Shown here in pieces: positions 1 to 9,800 of a DNA stretch of 64,000 nucleotides. Each line of letters begins with the position of its first letter. Positions within the stretch are counted from its first letter, which is position 1. Where the stretch lies: positions 21,022 through 85,021 of the forward strand of contig JBGAJW010000012.1 of NCBI GenBank assembly GCA_044224725.1, given 5' to 3'. The notes under the pieces were generated by a model. The model had not been told where the DNA came from. It saw only the letters and a program-made list of their open reading frames with translations, and searched no databases. The position numbers were made by a program, and so were the translations under genes. The stretch comes from Flavobacteriales bacterium (GTDB lineage: Bacteria; Bacteroidota; Bacteroidia; Flavobacteriales_F; PHOS-HE28).

Positions 1-375
1 GGGACACACACCCACGCACAGCAGCACGAACGCGAGGCCGACCGTGCCTTCCAGCCCCTGCCGAGCCACAAGTCGCAGCATGACCAGCCCGATGAGCAGA
101 AAGGACACGAAGGGAATGCAGCGAAGCGCGAGCAGGATGTCACCGGTCGCCGTGCCGAGAAGCGCACCTGCCAGCGGGAAGGCCGCCGGATGCTCCGCGG
201 CCGGAGGACGCTCGCCGCCGTGCAGCCAAGCCGCCCAGGCCCGCGCAACGCGGAAGTAGTCGTGGCTGTCCGCCCCGTTCAGCCCTTCATAGCCGTTCCA
301 CTGCACCCAAACCAAGCCCAGCACCAAGGGCAGCACCCACACCGAACGGCGTACGATGGACGGGATCCAATGCAT
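1..375 (-). CDS. 5'-partial (N-terminal) membrane protein; the gene continues beyond the window start. Possibly a glycosyltransferase-family-39/ArnT-like polytopic protein.
   Basis: An open minus-strand frame starts at the ATG at 375..373 (MHWIPSIVRRSVWVLPLVLGLVWVQWNGYEGLNGADSHDYFRVARAWAAWLHGG...) and has no stop before position 1. It is hydrophobic and helix-rich. It is absent from the ORF track because it runs off the window. The plus-strand ORFs here (44..259, 190..402) look like antisense artefacts. Confidence 0.3.
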   Translation of the reverse strand, partial: MHWIPSIVRRSVWVLPLVLGLVWVQWNGYEGLNGADSHDYFRVARAWAAWLHGGERPPAAEHPAAFPLAGALLGTATGDILLALRCIPFVSFLLIGLVMLRLVARQGLEGTVGLAFVLLCVGVCP

Positions 376-425
376 GAGGCCGAAAACGACTGGGGCCCCT
401 GATGAACAGGAGCCCCAGCGCTCAG

Positions 426-499
426 TGAACCCGTAGGGAGTCGAACCCCAAACCTCCTGATCCGTAGTCAGGTGCTCTATCCAATTGAGCTACGGGTCC
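426..499 (-). tRNA. tRNA-Arg (anticodon ACG)
   Basis: The reverse complement reads GGACCCGTAGCTCAATTGGATAGAGCACCTGACTACGGATCAGGAGGTTTGGGGTTCGACTCCCTACGGGTTCA. The 7-bp acceptor stem includes one G-U pair. The D-arm is GCTC/GAGC. The anticodon stem CCTGA/TCAGG carries loop CTACGGA with anticodon ACG. The T-loop is TTCGACT. CCA is not encoded. Confidence 0.85.
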
Positions 500-701
500 T
501 GCTTTGAGGGCGCGAATGTAATCATCCGAGGAATTCGGACGGATGCCCGTGGGTTCGATGCCCCGCACTCTATGCGGAACGACTACAACACCCCCTTCCG
601 CTGTATCCGCACCACAAACACGTTCGGCTTGAGGATCACCCCCGCACAAGGATCAGCGCCACGCGACCTTGCTGTTCAATCCGCAGGTGACTGCCCCCGC
701 C

Positions 702-2288
702 CTACTCCACCACCACCCGTTGGTGGTAAACCCCATCCTTGGCCGTGCACTTGATCACGTAGATGCCTTTGCTGTAACGCGACAGATCGACCTCCTCAGT
801 GCCTTTGCCTGCGGGCAGTGGGCGCTGGTAGAGCAACTTGCCGGTGGCATCGAACACTGAATAATAGGTGTCAGCCAGCAACGCGTCTTTGAAATCCAAG
901 GTGAAGCGCCCGGTGTTGGGGTTTGGACGCACGCGAATCTGCCGTTCAGGTCGGCCTGTCTCAACCAGGCCACCGATGGTGCAAGCATCTATCGCGACCA
1001 TAGGGTCGTACTGCATGTCCGACACACTTGCTGGCTGCTGGGTCGCACCAGTGAAAGAGTTGAGGGTTACGCTACTGTCCGCCGGAAACAGGTCCACAAC
1101 CTCCACGGGGAGACTTCCCGCATGGCAGGGCAACTGTCCGAGAACATCTGTTTTGAACAGAAACATCGCATCCGACCATTGACCGAAGTTGCCGGTTGCG
1201 AGGCCATCTACATAATAACCGCCATCCGAAGCGGCCAGCAGACTTGCAGCGAGATATCGGTAGCCGCCAACCCCAATGCTCCGTGTCCACAGGGTATCTC
1301 CGTTCGCATCGGCCTTCATCAAGAACAGTTTGTCTTCCCAGTTGTAATTGGGTACCCCGGTATTGGCCAGCACCACGTAGTCGCCTTCAGCCGTGCGTTC
1401 CACCTGTGCGCCCAAGTCGGCATACCACCCGCTCGGGGTCGCGTAGCCCTTGCACCATTGCACCTGCCCGCTCCCATCAAGTTTCATCAGGAAGAGCTTG
1501 GGGTCATATTCTGACGGCAGTGGGAAAAGTGACGATCCGGTGAAGCGGTCCGTATAGCCGGTGATGATGAAGGACCCGTCGGATTCCACCACACAGTCCA
1601 GTATCCGGCCTTTGGTCCGGATGTAAGATCTGCTCCAAACTGGATCGCCATTGGCTGTGAGGCGCGCAACCACGATGCCCGCCGTATCCATGGTGATACC
1701 CGCTAACAGATCACCTCCGGGTAACTCCCGAATGAAGGTGATGCTGCCCTCATGGTCAAATTGTCTCGACCAAACGGGCGCACCGGATGAATCCACCCTA
1801 AGGGCGAAGAAGCGGTCGTCACTGTCCCAAACCACGGCTCCCCCACCCTGTGTCACCTCTAGGTCCATAGGGGGATAAGTGCACTTGGGGCCGTTCAGCA
1901 CATATCGATGCATGGATTGAATGGTTCCCATCGAATCCATCTTGCCGATGACGGGATACGTAAAGGGTATTGTGCTGGATCCATTGGCACCGCAACTATC
2001 GGCCAAGTAGCCCCCACAGAAGTAGAACGAATTGTCGGTGAGTTTGCGGTGCGAGAGCATCTTGGTCATGGGTATGACCTCATAAGAGTGGACATTCAGC
2101 ACATCTCCTTGTTGAGATAGTAGAGAGGTCAACCCAATTCCGGTCAACAAATTACCACTGGTCAGTTCACACATGGACATGGTGGCGCTGACTCCTAGAT
2201 TCGAAGTGTAGTACTTCTCAAATGAGACCTGCGCTCGGCCGAGCAGAGCTGCTGTGACGACAAACGCAAAAACCATCGACTTTTTCAT
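702..2288 (-). CDS. Secreted beta-propeller-like repeat protein with a T9SS (Por_Secre_tail-type) C-terminal sorting domain
   Basis: N-terminal signal peptide MKKSMVFAFVVTAALLGRAQ. Repeated GDxxW(T/S)RS-type motifs (NGDPVWSRSY, SGAPVWSRQF, NGDTLWTRSIG) suggest beta-propeller blades. The C-terminal ~90 aa (RVRPNPNTGRFTLDF...YSVFDATGKLLYQ...GIYVIKC...) matches the T9SS CTD pattern. Confidence 0.65.
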   Translation of the reverse strand: MKKSMVFAFVVTAALLGRAQVSFEKYYTSNLGVSATMSMCELTSGNLLTGIGLTSLLSQQGDVLNVHSYEVIPMTKMLSHRKLTDNSFYFCGGYLADSCGANGSSTIPFTYPVIGKMDSMGTIQSMHRYVLNGPKCTYPPMDLEVTQGGGAVVWDSDDRFFALRVDSSGAPVWSRQFDHEGSITFIRELPGGDLLAGITMDTAGIVVARLTANGDPVWSRSYIRTKGRILDCVVESDGSFIITGYTDRFTGSSLFPLPSEYDPKLFLMKLDGSGQVQWCKGYATPSGWYADLGAQVERTAEGDYVVLANTGVPNYNWEDKLFLMKADANGDTLWTRSIGVGGYRYLAASLLAASDGGYYVDGLATGNFGQWSDAMFLFKTDVLGQLPCHAGSLPVEVVDLFPADSSVTLNSFTGATQQPASVSDMQYDPMVAIDACTIGGLVETGRPERQIRVRPNPNTGRFTLDFKDALLADTYYSVFDATGKLLYQRPLPAGKGTEEVDLSRYSKGIYVIKCTAKDGVYHQRVVVE

Positions 2289-2633
2289 GGCTCAACGGAT
2301 CATGAGGTTCCTTTGCTTGCTGCCCAACGCCCCAAACTGCCGCCAGTCTTCCCGCCGCCGCGGACAGCGCCAAGGCGGAGGGGCGACTGGCCTTCAATGT
2401 TCTCTTCACGATTCAGCCAACTTGAGCGGCCCGAGCTTTCCCGCGAATGCCCGTGCCGTATTGTAAACGTAGTCTTCTCCGCTCTTCAACGAACGGCTGA
2501 AAGGGATGATGGATTGGTGGGCCTGCTCGAACACAAGGGTGCGCATAGCGCTGCCTTCCAGATGCGAAGGGCATCGCCGCCCGTTCCGCGTGTGTTGCTC
2601 CACACAGCTACCTACACCCCCTTCGCGCGAGCC

Positions 2634-3428
2634 TCACTGTGGCTTGTAATACTTCATCGCCTCGGGCATATACGCCTCCAGATCCGCCACGCGGCGCTCA
2701 TCGCTGGGGTGTGTGCTGAGGATCTCGGGAGGCTTGGCCCCTCCTTGCGCGGCCATGCGCTTCCAGAATTCCGGGGCGCTACGCGGGTCGTAGCCGGCCA
2801 TGGCCATGAAGACCAAGCCCATCTTGTCGGCTTCGGATTCGTGGTTGCGGCTGTAGGCGAGCATGCCCAATTGGGTACCGATGCCGAAGCTCTGCAGCAG
2901 CAGGTCCTTCGCCAAGGTCGGCTTCTGGGAAGCCATCACTTCCAAGGTCATCCCTGCGCCCTGCACGGCCAATCCCTGGCTCATGCGCTCGTTCCCGTGG
3001 CGTGCGATGGCGTGCGCGATCTCATGGCCCATCACCAGCGCGAGGCTCGTCTCGTCCTTCGTCACCGGCAGGATGCCCGTGTACACCACTACTTTCCCGC
3101 CGGGCATGCACCAGGCGTTCACCGTCGCTTCGTCCACCACGTTGAATTCCCAGTTGAAGCCTTCCACCCGGTTGGCCGCGCCGTTCTCGGTGAGGAACTT
3201 CGTGGCCGCGTCCGCCAGGCGCTTGCCGATGCGCCGCACCATTTGCACGTTGGCGTCCGATGCGGGCAGCGGGGCGGTCTCTTTCAGGAAATCCTGGTAG
3301 GCGCCGAGGCTCATGGCCATCATCTCGCTTTCCGGAAGCAGGTTCAATTGGCGCCGACCGGTGATGGGCACCTTGGTGCAGCCGATGGCGAAGGCCGTGA
3401 TGGCCAGCAGGACGAGGGTACGTTTCAT
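2634..3428 (-). CDS. M48-family zinc metallopeptidase lipoprotein (BepA/YfgC-like)
   Basis: Lipoprotein signal MKRTLVLLAITAFAIGC. HEIAHAIARH zincin motif (HExxH) with the surrounding M48 pattern (MGHEIAH...E). Length 264 aa. Confidence 0.7.
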   Translation of the reverse strand: MKRTLVLLAITAFAIGCTKVPITGRRQLNLLPESEMMAMSLGAYQDFLKETAPLPASDANVQMVRRIGKRLADAATKFLTENGAANRVEGFNWEFNVVDEATVNAWCMPGGKVVVYTGILPVTKDETSLALVMGHEIAHAIARHGNERMSQGLAVQGAGMTLEVMASQKPTLAKDLLLQSFGIGTQLGMLAYSRNHESEADKMGLVFMAMAGYDPRSAPEFWKRMAAQGGAKPPEILSTHPSDERRVADLEAYMPEAMKYYKPQ

Positions 3429-3525
3429 GCCTTGAGCGCCGAAGCGTGTTTGGGTTGCCGCAGCGGTGCCAATGCATCGCGTAGGCGTTGGTTCTATGCC
3501 CGGAAGACGACGGACGGGGTCGGGT

Positions 3526-3813
3526 TCACTCGATGTCCGCTGACAAACCGCGTTCCAGCAACGCGGTACACATCGGCTCCAAGTGATCGAAGGTGCCGCG
3601 CTTCACCGCGCACTTGCCGTTGTTGTGAACGATGTGCGCGCATTGTGTGGCCTGCATCGGCTCGTGGCCGCACACGTCCATCAGGCTGACGATCACATGC
3701 TGGAATGTGTTCACGTCGTCGTTGTGCAGGATGATCTCCTTGATCGGCCCTTCCTCGAAGAGCACTTCGTGGAGGAGTTCCTCCTCTGGACTGAATTGAT
3801 GTCCCATCGTCAC
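3526..3813 (-). CDS. clpS: ATP-dependent Clp protease adaptor ClpS
   Basis: 95-aa protein with the conserved ClpS core (...LHNDDVNTFQHVIVSLMDVCGHEPMQATQCAHIVHNNGKCAVKRGTF...). Typical size. It lies immediately downstream of the preceding gene. Confidence 0.85.
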   Translation of the reverse strand: MTMGHQFSPEEELLHEVLFEEGPIKEIILHNDDVNTFQHVIVSLMDVCGHEPMQATQCAHIVHNNGKCAVKRGTFDHLEPMCTALLERGLSADIE

Positions 3814-3850
3814 CTCGTTGAGGAGGCGAAGGTAGGGAGGCGGTGTCCGA

Positions 3851-6800
3851 TCAGCGCGTGATGATGGAGGGGTCCGCGAAGACGCCGGGGCCGAACTTGG
3901 TGATCAGCGCGCGGGCATCACGCATGGGGATGCGCTTGCCGTTCAGGTAGGCGGTGATGAAGGCGTCCTTCACACCAAGGCTGACCGTCTGGTCCTTGCG
4001 CGAGCGGGCCTTGTCCATATCGGTGAATACGCCCGTGGTGTAGCGGATCTTGGCGTTCTCCGTGCGCTCGCTGTTGAGCGGGGTGATGTTGAAGAGCTTG
4101 TCCAGCGCGGTGGGCTTGCTGTACACACCGACCTGCACGGTGAAGAAGAGGCCCTTGACCGTTTCCACCTGGCGTGCCGGAGCCGCCTTCGGGTCGCTGT
4201 AGTAGGCGGTGGCGTCGGCGGGCGGCTGGAACTGCGCGAGCACCTGCTCCACGGAAGTCGGGTACTTGGACAGCACCTCCTGCTCAGCCGCGAGCGCGCT
4301 GTCCGAAGGCAGCACGGCCATGGTCGCGGGCGGAGCGATACGCGTGGGAGCGGAAACAGGCAGGTCCGCGGCGATCTCGGTAGACGCCGAGACCGGTCGT
4401 GCCGCGCGCATCGCCTGCGTGAGCGAAACGCGGCGGCCATCCTGATAGGCCACCACGAAGGCATCACGGTAGCCGCGCTCACGCACCGTTTGCGTGGCCT
4501 TCACCGCTCCTTCCGGCGTGGTGAACATGCCCACGGCGTAGCGCGTCAGCCCATTGCCGACACTTTCTCCTGCGACCGGCGCGAGGTCGCTGAACAGTTC
4601 GTTCGGGATGTCCTGCTTGAAGGCCCCGATCTGCACTTTGTACACCACGCCCGCAGGCATCGGCGCATCGATGGGGATCGGTCCGGCGCGCGGTGTGGCG
4701 GTCTCCGCTTCGAAGACATCAGCCGTGAGCGGGGCCAACAGGCGCGGCGCTCCCGCATCAGGTGTTGCGAGTACCGGATGTTCGGCAACGGGAGTCGCGG
4801 TCGAAGGAATATTCTCCGCTGTCGTGGTCGTGACGGCTTCAGTCTGAACGGCAGGTACGTCTGAAGAGGTAGCAGGTGGCTGCGATGCCGAGGTCTGTTC
4901 CGCCCGGTTCTCTGGCGTGCCGGTTGTCGGTGTCACGACCGGGTTGGTATCCGCGCCCGTGTTCGCGGCCACATCCGCACCATTCAGTGGCGGTGTAACC
5001 GCGTTGGCGGGCTGCTGCAAGCTGCGCGCTTGGGCCAATACCGGTTCCACACGGCGGGCGCGCTGTTCCATCGCCATGATGTCCGTGCCCCGTTCTGGCG
5101 TGAGCGCCTGCAACATCGAAGCGGCCTGCGACTCGTTCACGCTCGCGGCCATGTTCAAGCGCTCACTAGCGCTGCCCAAGGAATCCGCGCGGTGGTTCAA
5201 ACGGATGGCCTGATCGGTGAGCAAACGCGCCTGGTCCATCTGTTCCGGCGTAAGGGCAGCGCCTCCGGCGTTCTGGTTCTGGAGGATCTCTTTGCTCTGT
5301 TGCAGCAATGCATCGGCCAGTTGCTTGGTGGAAGCCGCCTGCTCTTGCGCATGCGTGGCCTCGTCGCGTTGTTCGAGCGCCTTGGCCCGCGCTTGGAAAT
5401 AGCGACTGCGGTCCTCCTCGTACAGCACGATCGCGTGCTCCTGATCGTTCAGGTAGTAGTATTTCAGCAAGCGCTCTTGGAACACCGCCGCGTCTTGGGC
5501 CATCGCGGCCTTCTGGTCAAGGTCAGTGGCCTGCTCACTGGCGAGCAACGACGCCTGGTGCAACGAATCCGAGACGGCACGCGAACGCGAGGCTTCACGC
5601 TCCAAGCGCTCACGTTCAGAGCGCTTGCCGGTGGCGGCGCTGTCCTGTAGCGCACTGGCCCGGTCAGCGGCGGCGAGTGAAGCCGTCTCCAGTTCCCGTG
5701 AACGTTCAGCAGCGCGCTGCGCTTCCGAACGCAGACTGGATGCATCGCTGGCCTGCACCTCGTGCATCGATGCCGATGATGCCGTATCGCCGCCCATGAA
5801 TTCGGCGTAGCGCGTGCCGATCGTCGTGCTGGTGGACGCACGTTGGTCCGTCACGACGCCGGAAGTCGCGGGAACATCCGCGATCGTTCCCCTTTCCTCT
5901 TTGCCCGCGATGTTCTCGGCAACAGGTGCCTGCTCCTCTTCACCGAACATGCGCTGTTCCACCTGCTCGTAGGTCAATTGCTCGCCACGTTGGAAAGCCT
6001 CCGCCTGCAAGTAATTGCGTACGGTATGCGAGCGGTCCATTTCGCGCAGCGCGGTGAGCTCCTCGGCGTAGGCCGTGCGCAACAAGCTGTCGCGGAGCAC
6101 GATGTCCTCCGTGCGGTCCGCCCGCTTGCGCATTTCCGTCGCCTTCTTCATTCCGCGCTCGGCGTTCTCCTCGAAGGACGTTGCCAACAGCACCATCGGC
6201 TCGTTCGGCTTGAAGCCTTCCTTCACGTTCAAGGCGATGAGTTCCTTGGAACTGTCCTGTGCGGCCTCGAATTCCTTCTTGCTGATGTAGCCCATGCGCT
6301 GGCCGATCTCCGTGCGCAGGATCATGTGGTCATCGATCAGCCTGTCCGTCCTGTCACGCAACTTGGTCTGCTCCTTCCCGATCGGCATGCTTTCCAGCAC
6401 ACCTTCGAGCGAGTCGATGCGGTCCTCCAGATCGGCCATGGTCGTCAGGTCCCGATCGCGCTCGCGGATGGCGTCCCCGATCTTTTCCGCGCGGTGGTCC
6501 ATGGTGCTCGTGTACACCTGTTCACGGTCTTCCGCGATGTTCACGTAATCGTCATTGTGCGGTGTGGCGCTGGCCGCGATCGGTCGGTCATCGCGCGCGC
6601 GATCGGGCGTTGCTTGCGACAAGGCCGCATCTTCCATCGCCCGCGATTCACCTGCGGCGTATTGCTGTTCGGCAGCGGCCAGCGCCCGGTCGGCTTCGGC
6701 CACATGTTCCTCCTTCATGGTGCGCAAGCGGTCCACGCGCTTCAAGACCGCTGCGGATTCACCCGGATGACGTTCCAAATGGTCCAACTGGCGCGTGTTC

Positions 6801-9800
6801 TCCGCGTCGATGCTGTCCACCAGCATGAGTTCCAAACCGTGCAAGGCAGCACTGAGCTCCTTCGGGTCGTCCAGCTCCCGCTCCATCAGTTGCTTGCGTG
6901 CGGCGTAATCGGGATAGATGTCCGCGATGAGCACCGCATCACTCGCCGTGCCGTCGAACGCCAACGCCGGTCGCGAAGCGCTGATGCTGTCCATCATGGC
7001 CTCGGCCTCTTCTTCTGAATTGGCGCGCAGTTGTCCGTCATTCGCCGCATCGGGGGATGTGGTAACGGACCTGTCCGCCGTTGCAGCACCCTCGGTCGGC
7101 GGTTGCTGAACAGTGCCGCTCACGTCATTCCCGCCGCGCTCTGCCGAGGTGGTGGTCTGTCCATTTTCCGCCCCCCGTCCGCTTGTATCAAGTACCTGAC
7201 CGGAAGTGGAAGTCGGTTGGTCGGTGGTCGTGTTGGCCCGTTGCGTGCTGGAACCGGTCCGTTCCTCGTGCTGTTGGGTGGTGGTCGAGGCGACATCCGC
7301 CGCAGTGGCCGTCGCACGCATGGTGCGTTCCAGTTCCACGATGCGCGTATCCAAACTGTCCTTCCGCGCCCGGTTCTTCTCCGCGGCGCGCAACTGCTTC
7401 AGTTCAGCGAGCTCATTGGCCTGCACGAATGCGAGTTCCTCAGCATCCGGTTGAACAGCGTTCTCAGTGCGTTCTTCGATGAGGGCACCGTCCTCCTTCC
7501 CGCTGGTGTTCTGTCCGGCCGGCTGTTCTCCTGCTCCGCCCTGTTTTCCGTTCTCGTCTGTGGCGCTCTCCTGCATCGGTGTTACAACGCCTTTCATGGA
7601 GGCCAGGTCCGTATCGGTGCGCGAAGTGCCCACCGGCTCATTGCTACCAGTTGTCGGGCTCTCACTGCCGTTGGCTGATCTGGTCGGAGTGGTCCGGTCT
7701 TCCGCAAGCGTGTTCGTTGCCCCTCCACCGTTGGCGGCGTTCGCCGGTTGCCCTTGACCACGCGCTGCATTCCCGGTGGTGTCGCCTGCAAGGCCATTCT
7801 TGCTCGACCGATCGCCTTGGGATTGAGCGAGCAGGTCCGTGACGTTCGGAGCCTTTCCTTGTCCGGCGGTATCAGCTTGAAGCGTCGCGCCGGAAGCCGC
7901 CGCGTCGTTGGAACGGTCCTGACCGGTCTGTGCCTGTGCGTCGGCGGTTCCCTTGGGATCTACACCATTCGTAGCAGTCGTTTGTCCGGCTTGGTCCGAG
8001 GTCCCGTTCCGCAGAAGCTCCTTCGTTGTTCCGGCATCACTCTGCGGGTCCTGTTGGACCTGCGCCACGTCGTTCGCATTTCCGCCTGTTGAGCCAGCGC
8101 GCTCCGGTTGGCCCGGATTCTCAGCGTGCCCTTGTCGCGCGGTCACATCCGTAACGTTCAATGCTTCTGCCGAAGCACTGCTGTCCGGGGTCGCCGCTTC
8201 GGAACGAGTCAACGACGTTGGACCGTCCACCGTGCCTCCTTCGCGTACTTGGCCTTGTGCCAGCTCCGGTTGGGACACCATGGTGGTGGTGGGGTCCGCG
8301 TGTTGGGCGGTCGCTGAGGTATCGCGCTGAAGGGTGCGGGTCGATGCGATGGGCTCACCGGCACCGGTTCCGATGGGAGCACCCCAATCGAAGGTGCGGC
8401 GCTCCATTTCGCGGGACTCCATGGCGATGGCCGCGTCAAAGCGCTCATCCAATGCGATCGCGGAAATGCGTGACCCCGTACCCGAGATGCGCTGGGCGAG
8501 CTGCGACTTCTGGTCCTCGTCCAGTCCGGTCACCGTCATGCTTGCGGCGGCCGTGCTCAAATGCTTGGCCAGCGCCGCCTGGCCCCGCGCGCTCACGGTC
8601 TCCTGCTCGGCCACGCGCGCTTTGGCGAAGGCCCGCTCGTTCTCATCGCGCATGGCCTGCAACTGCGCTTCCAGTTCCGTGCGTTCGCGCGCGATGCTCT
8701 CCTTCTTGTTCCCCTTGGCCTCTTCCTCTTCGCGCTTCTTCCGCGCGATCCGGTCCACCAGTTCATTCTCCTCCCCCCGCGCCGTGTTCGCCCGTGCGAG
8801 CGCCGTGGCCGCTTCCTTCTCGCGCTCGGTGGCCATGCGACGCATCTTCTCCGCCGCGCTCAAGCTGCCGTCCGGCGCGTTCTTCTCGTCCATCCGCGTG
8901 CGCAGTTCCACCAGCTTGATCACCATCGCGTTCTCATCCTTGCCGGCGAGAACGCGTGTGAGATCGGTGCTGAGCTTCTCGGCCTTCTGCGCGCGGATCT
9001 GCGTGGCCATGCGCTCAGCGGCGAGCGTCTCGCCCGCGCGCAGGGCAGCGGTCGCGCGCTGGTTCGCCGCCCGTGCGCTCTGTCGCTCGCGGGCCGCTTC
9101 CACCATCAGGTCGTTCTTGCGCTTCTCGTCCGTCTCCCCATTCGCCTGCGCCACCAGTTCCTCGGCCTTGGTCGTATGCGTGGTAGCGAGGTTGGCGTTC
9201 TCCAGAGCGATGCTGTAGGCCGCCACGGACTGGTGCTCGATCTCGTCGGTGGCCTTGCGCAACGCCGCCGCATCCTCATCCGCCATGCGTTGGGCCACCG
9301 GTCTCGTCACGTCACCCGCGAAACCCGCACGCGTGAGCGGATCGCCGACCGGCTGTTCCACAGGCTTCTCTTCGGCTACCACGGCATGGGTACCTACGTC
9401 CAGTTTCGCGCGCCGCTTGATCTCGTCCAGCGCCAGCGCGATCATGTCCTCTTCCAGCGGCTGGTCGAAGTAGTTCCGGATCATCAGCTTTTCGCCGCCC
9501 TGGTCCACCAAGCTCATCTCCTGCCGGTAGGCGCGGGGCTCGTCGTTGCGCGGCACGTCCACCACGCCCACGTGCGTCTTCGCGCTCGGTCCCGCTTCCA
9601 CCATGAAGCGGTACTTGCCGCTGCGCGGAAGGGAGAGCACGTAGTTCCCATTCATGTCCGTGTTCACATCGGCCACGTTCTCCTGCGTCAGCGCGTCCTG
9701 CACGATGATGTGGGCCTTGCGGTCCTCGGCGTTGAATTGCGAAGCGAAGGTGCCCTTCAGCACGGTGATGTTCACCGGGGCTTGGGCCGTGCTCACCCGG

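Noticed and set aside
44-402. Plus-strand ORFs 44..259 and 190..402
   Set aside because: A longer hydrophobic minus-strand frame, running off the window start, covers the same region and looks like a real membrane protein. The plus ORFs are Arg/Ser/Ala-rich antisense translations.
2313-3689. 458-aa plus-strand ORF spanning the M48 peptidase and clpS
   Set aside because: It is antisense to two genes with strong motifs (HEIAH, ClpS core). Its translation is Arg/His-rich.
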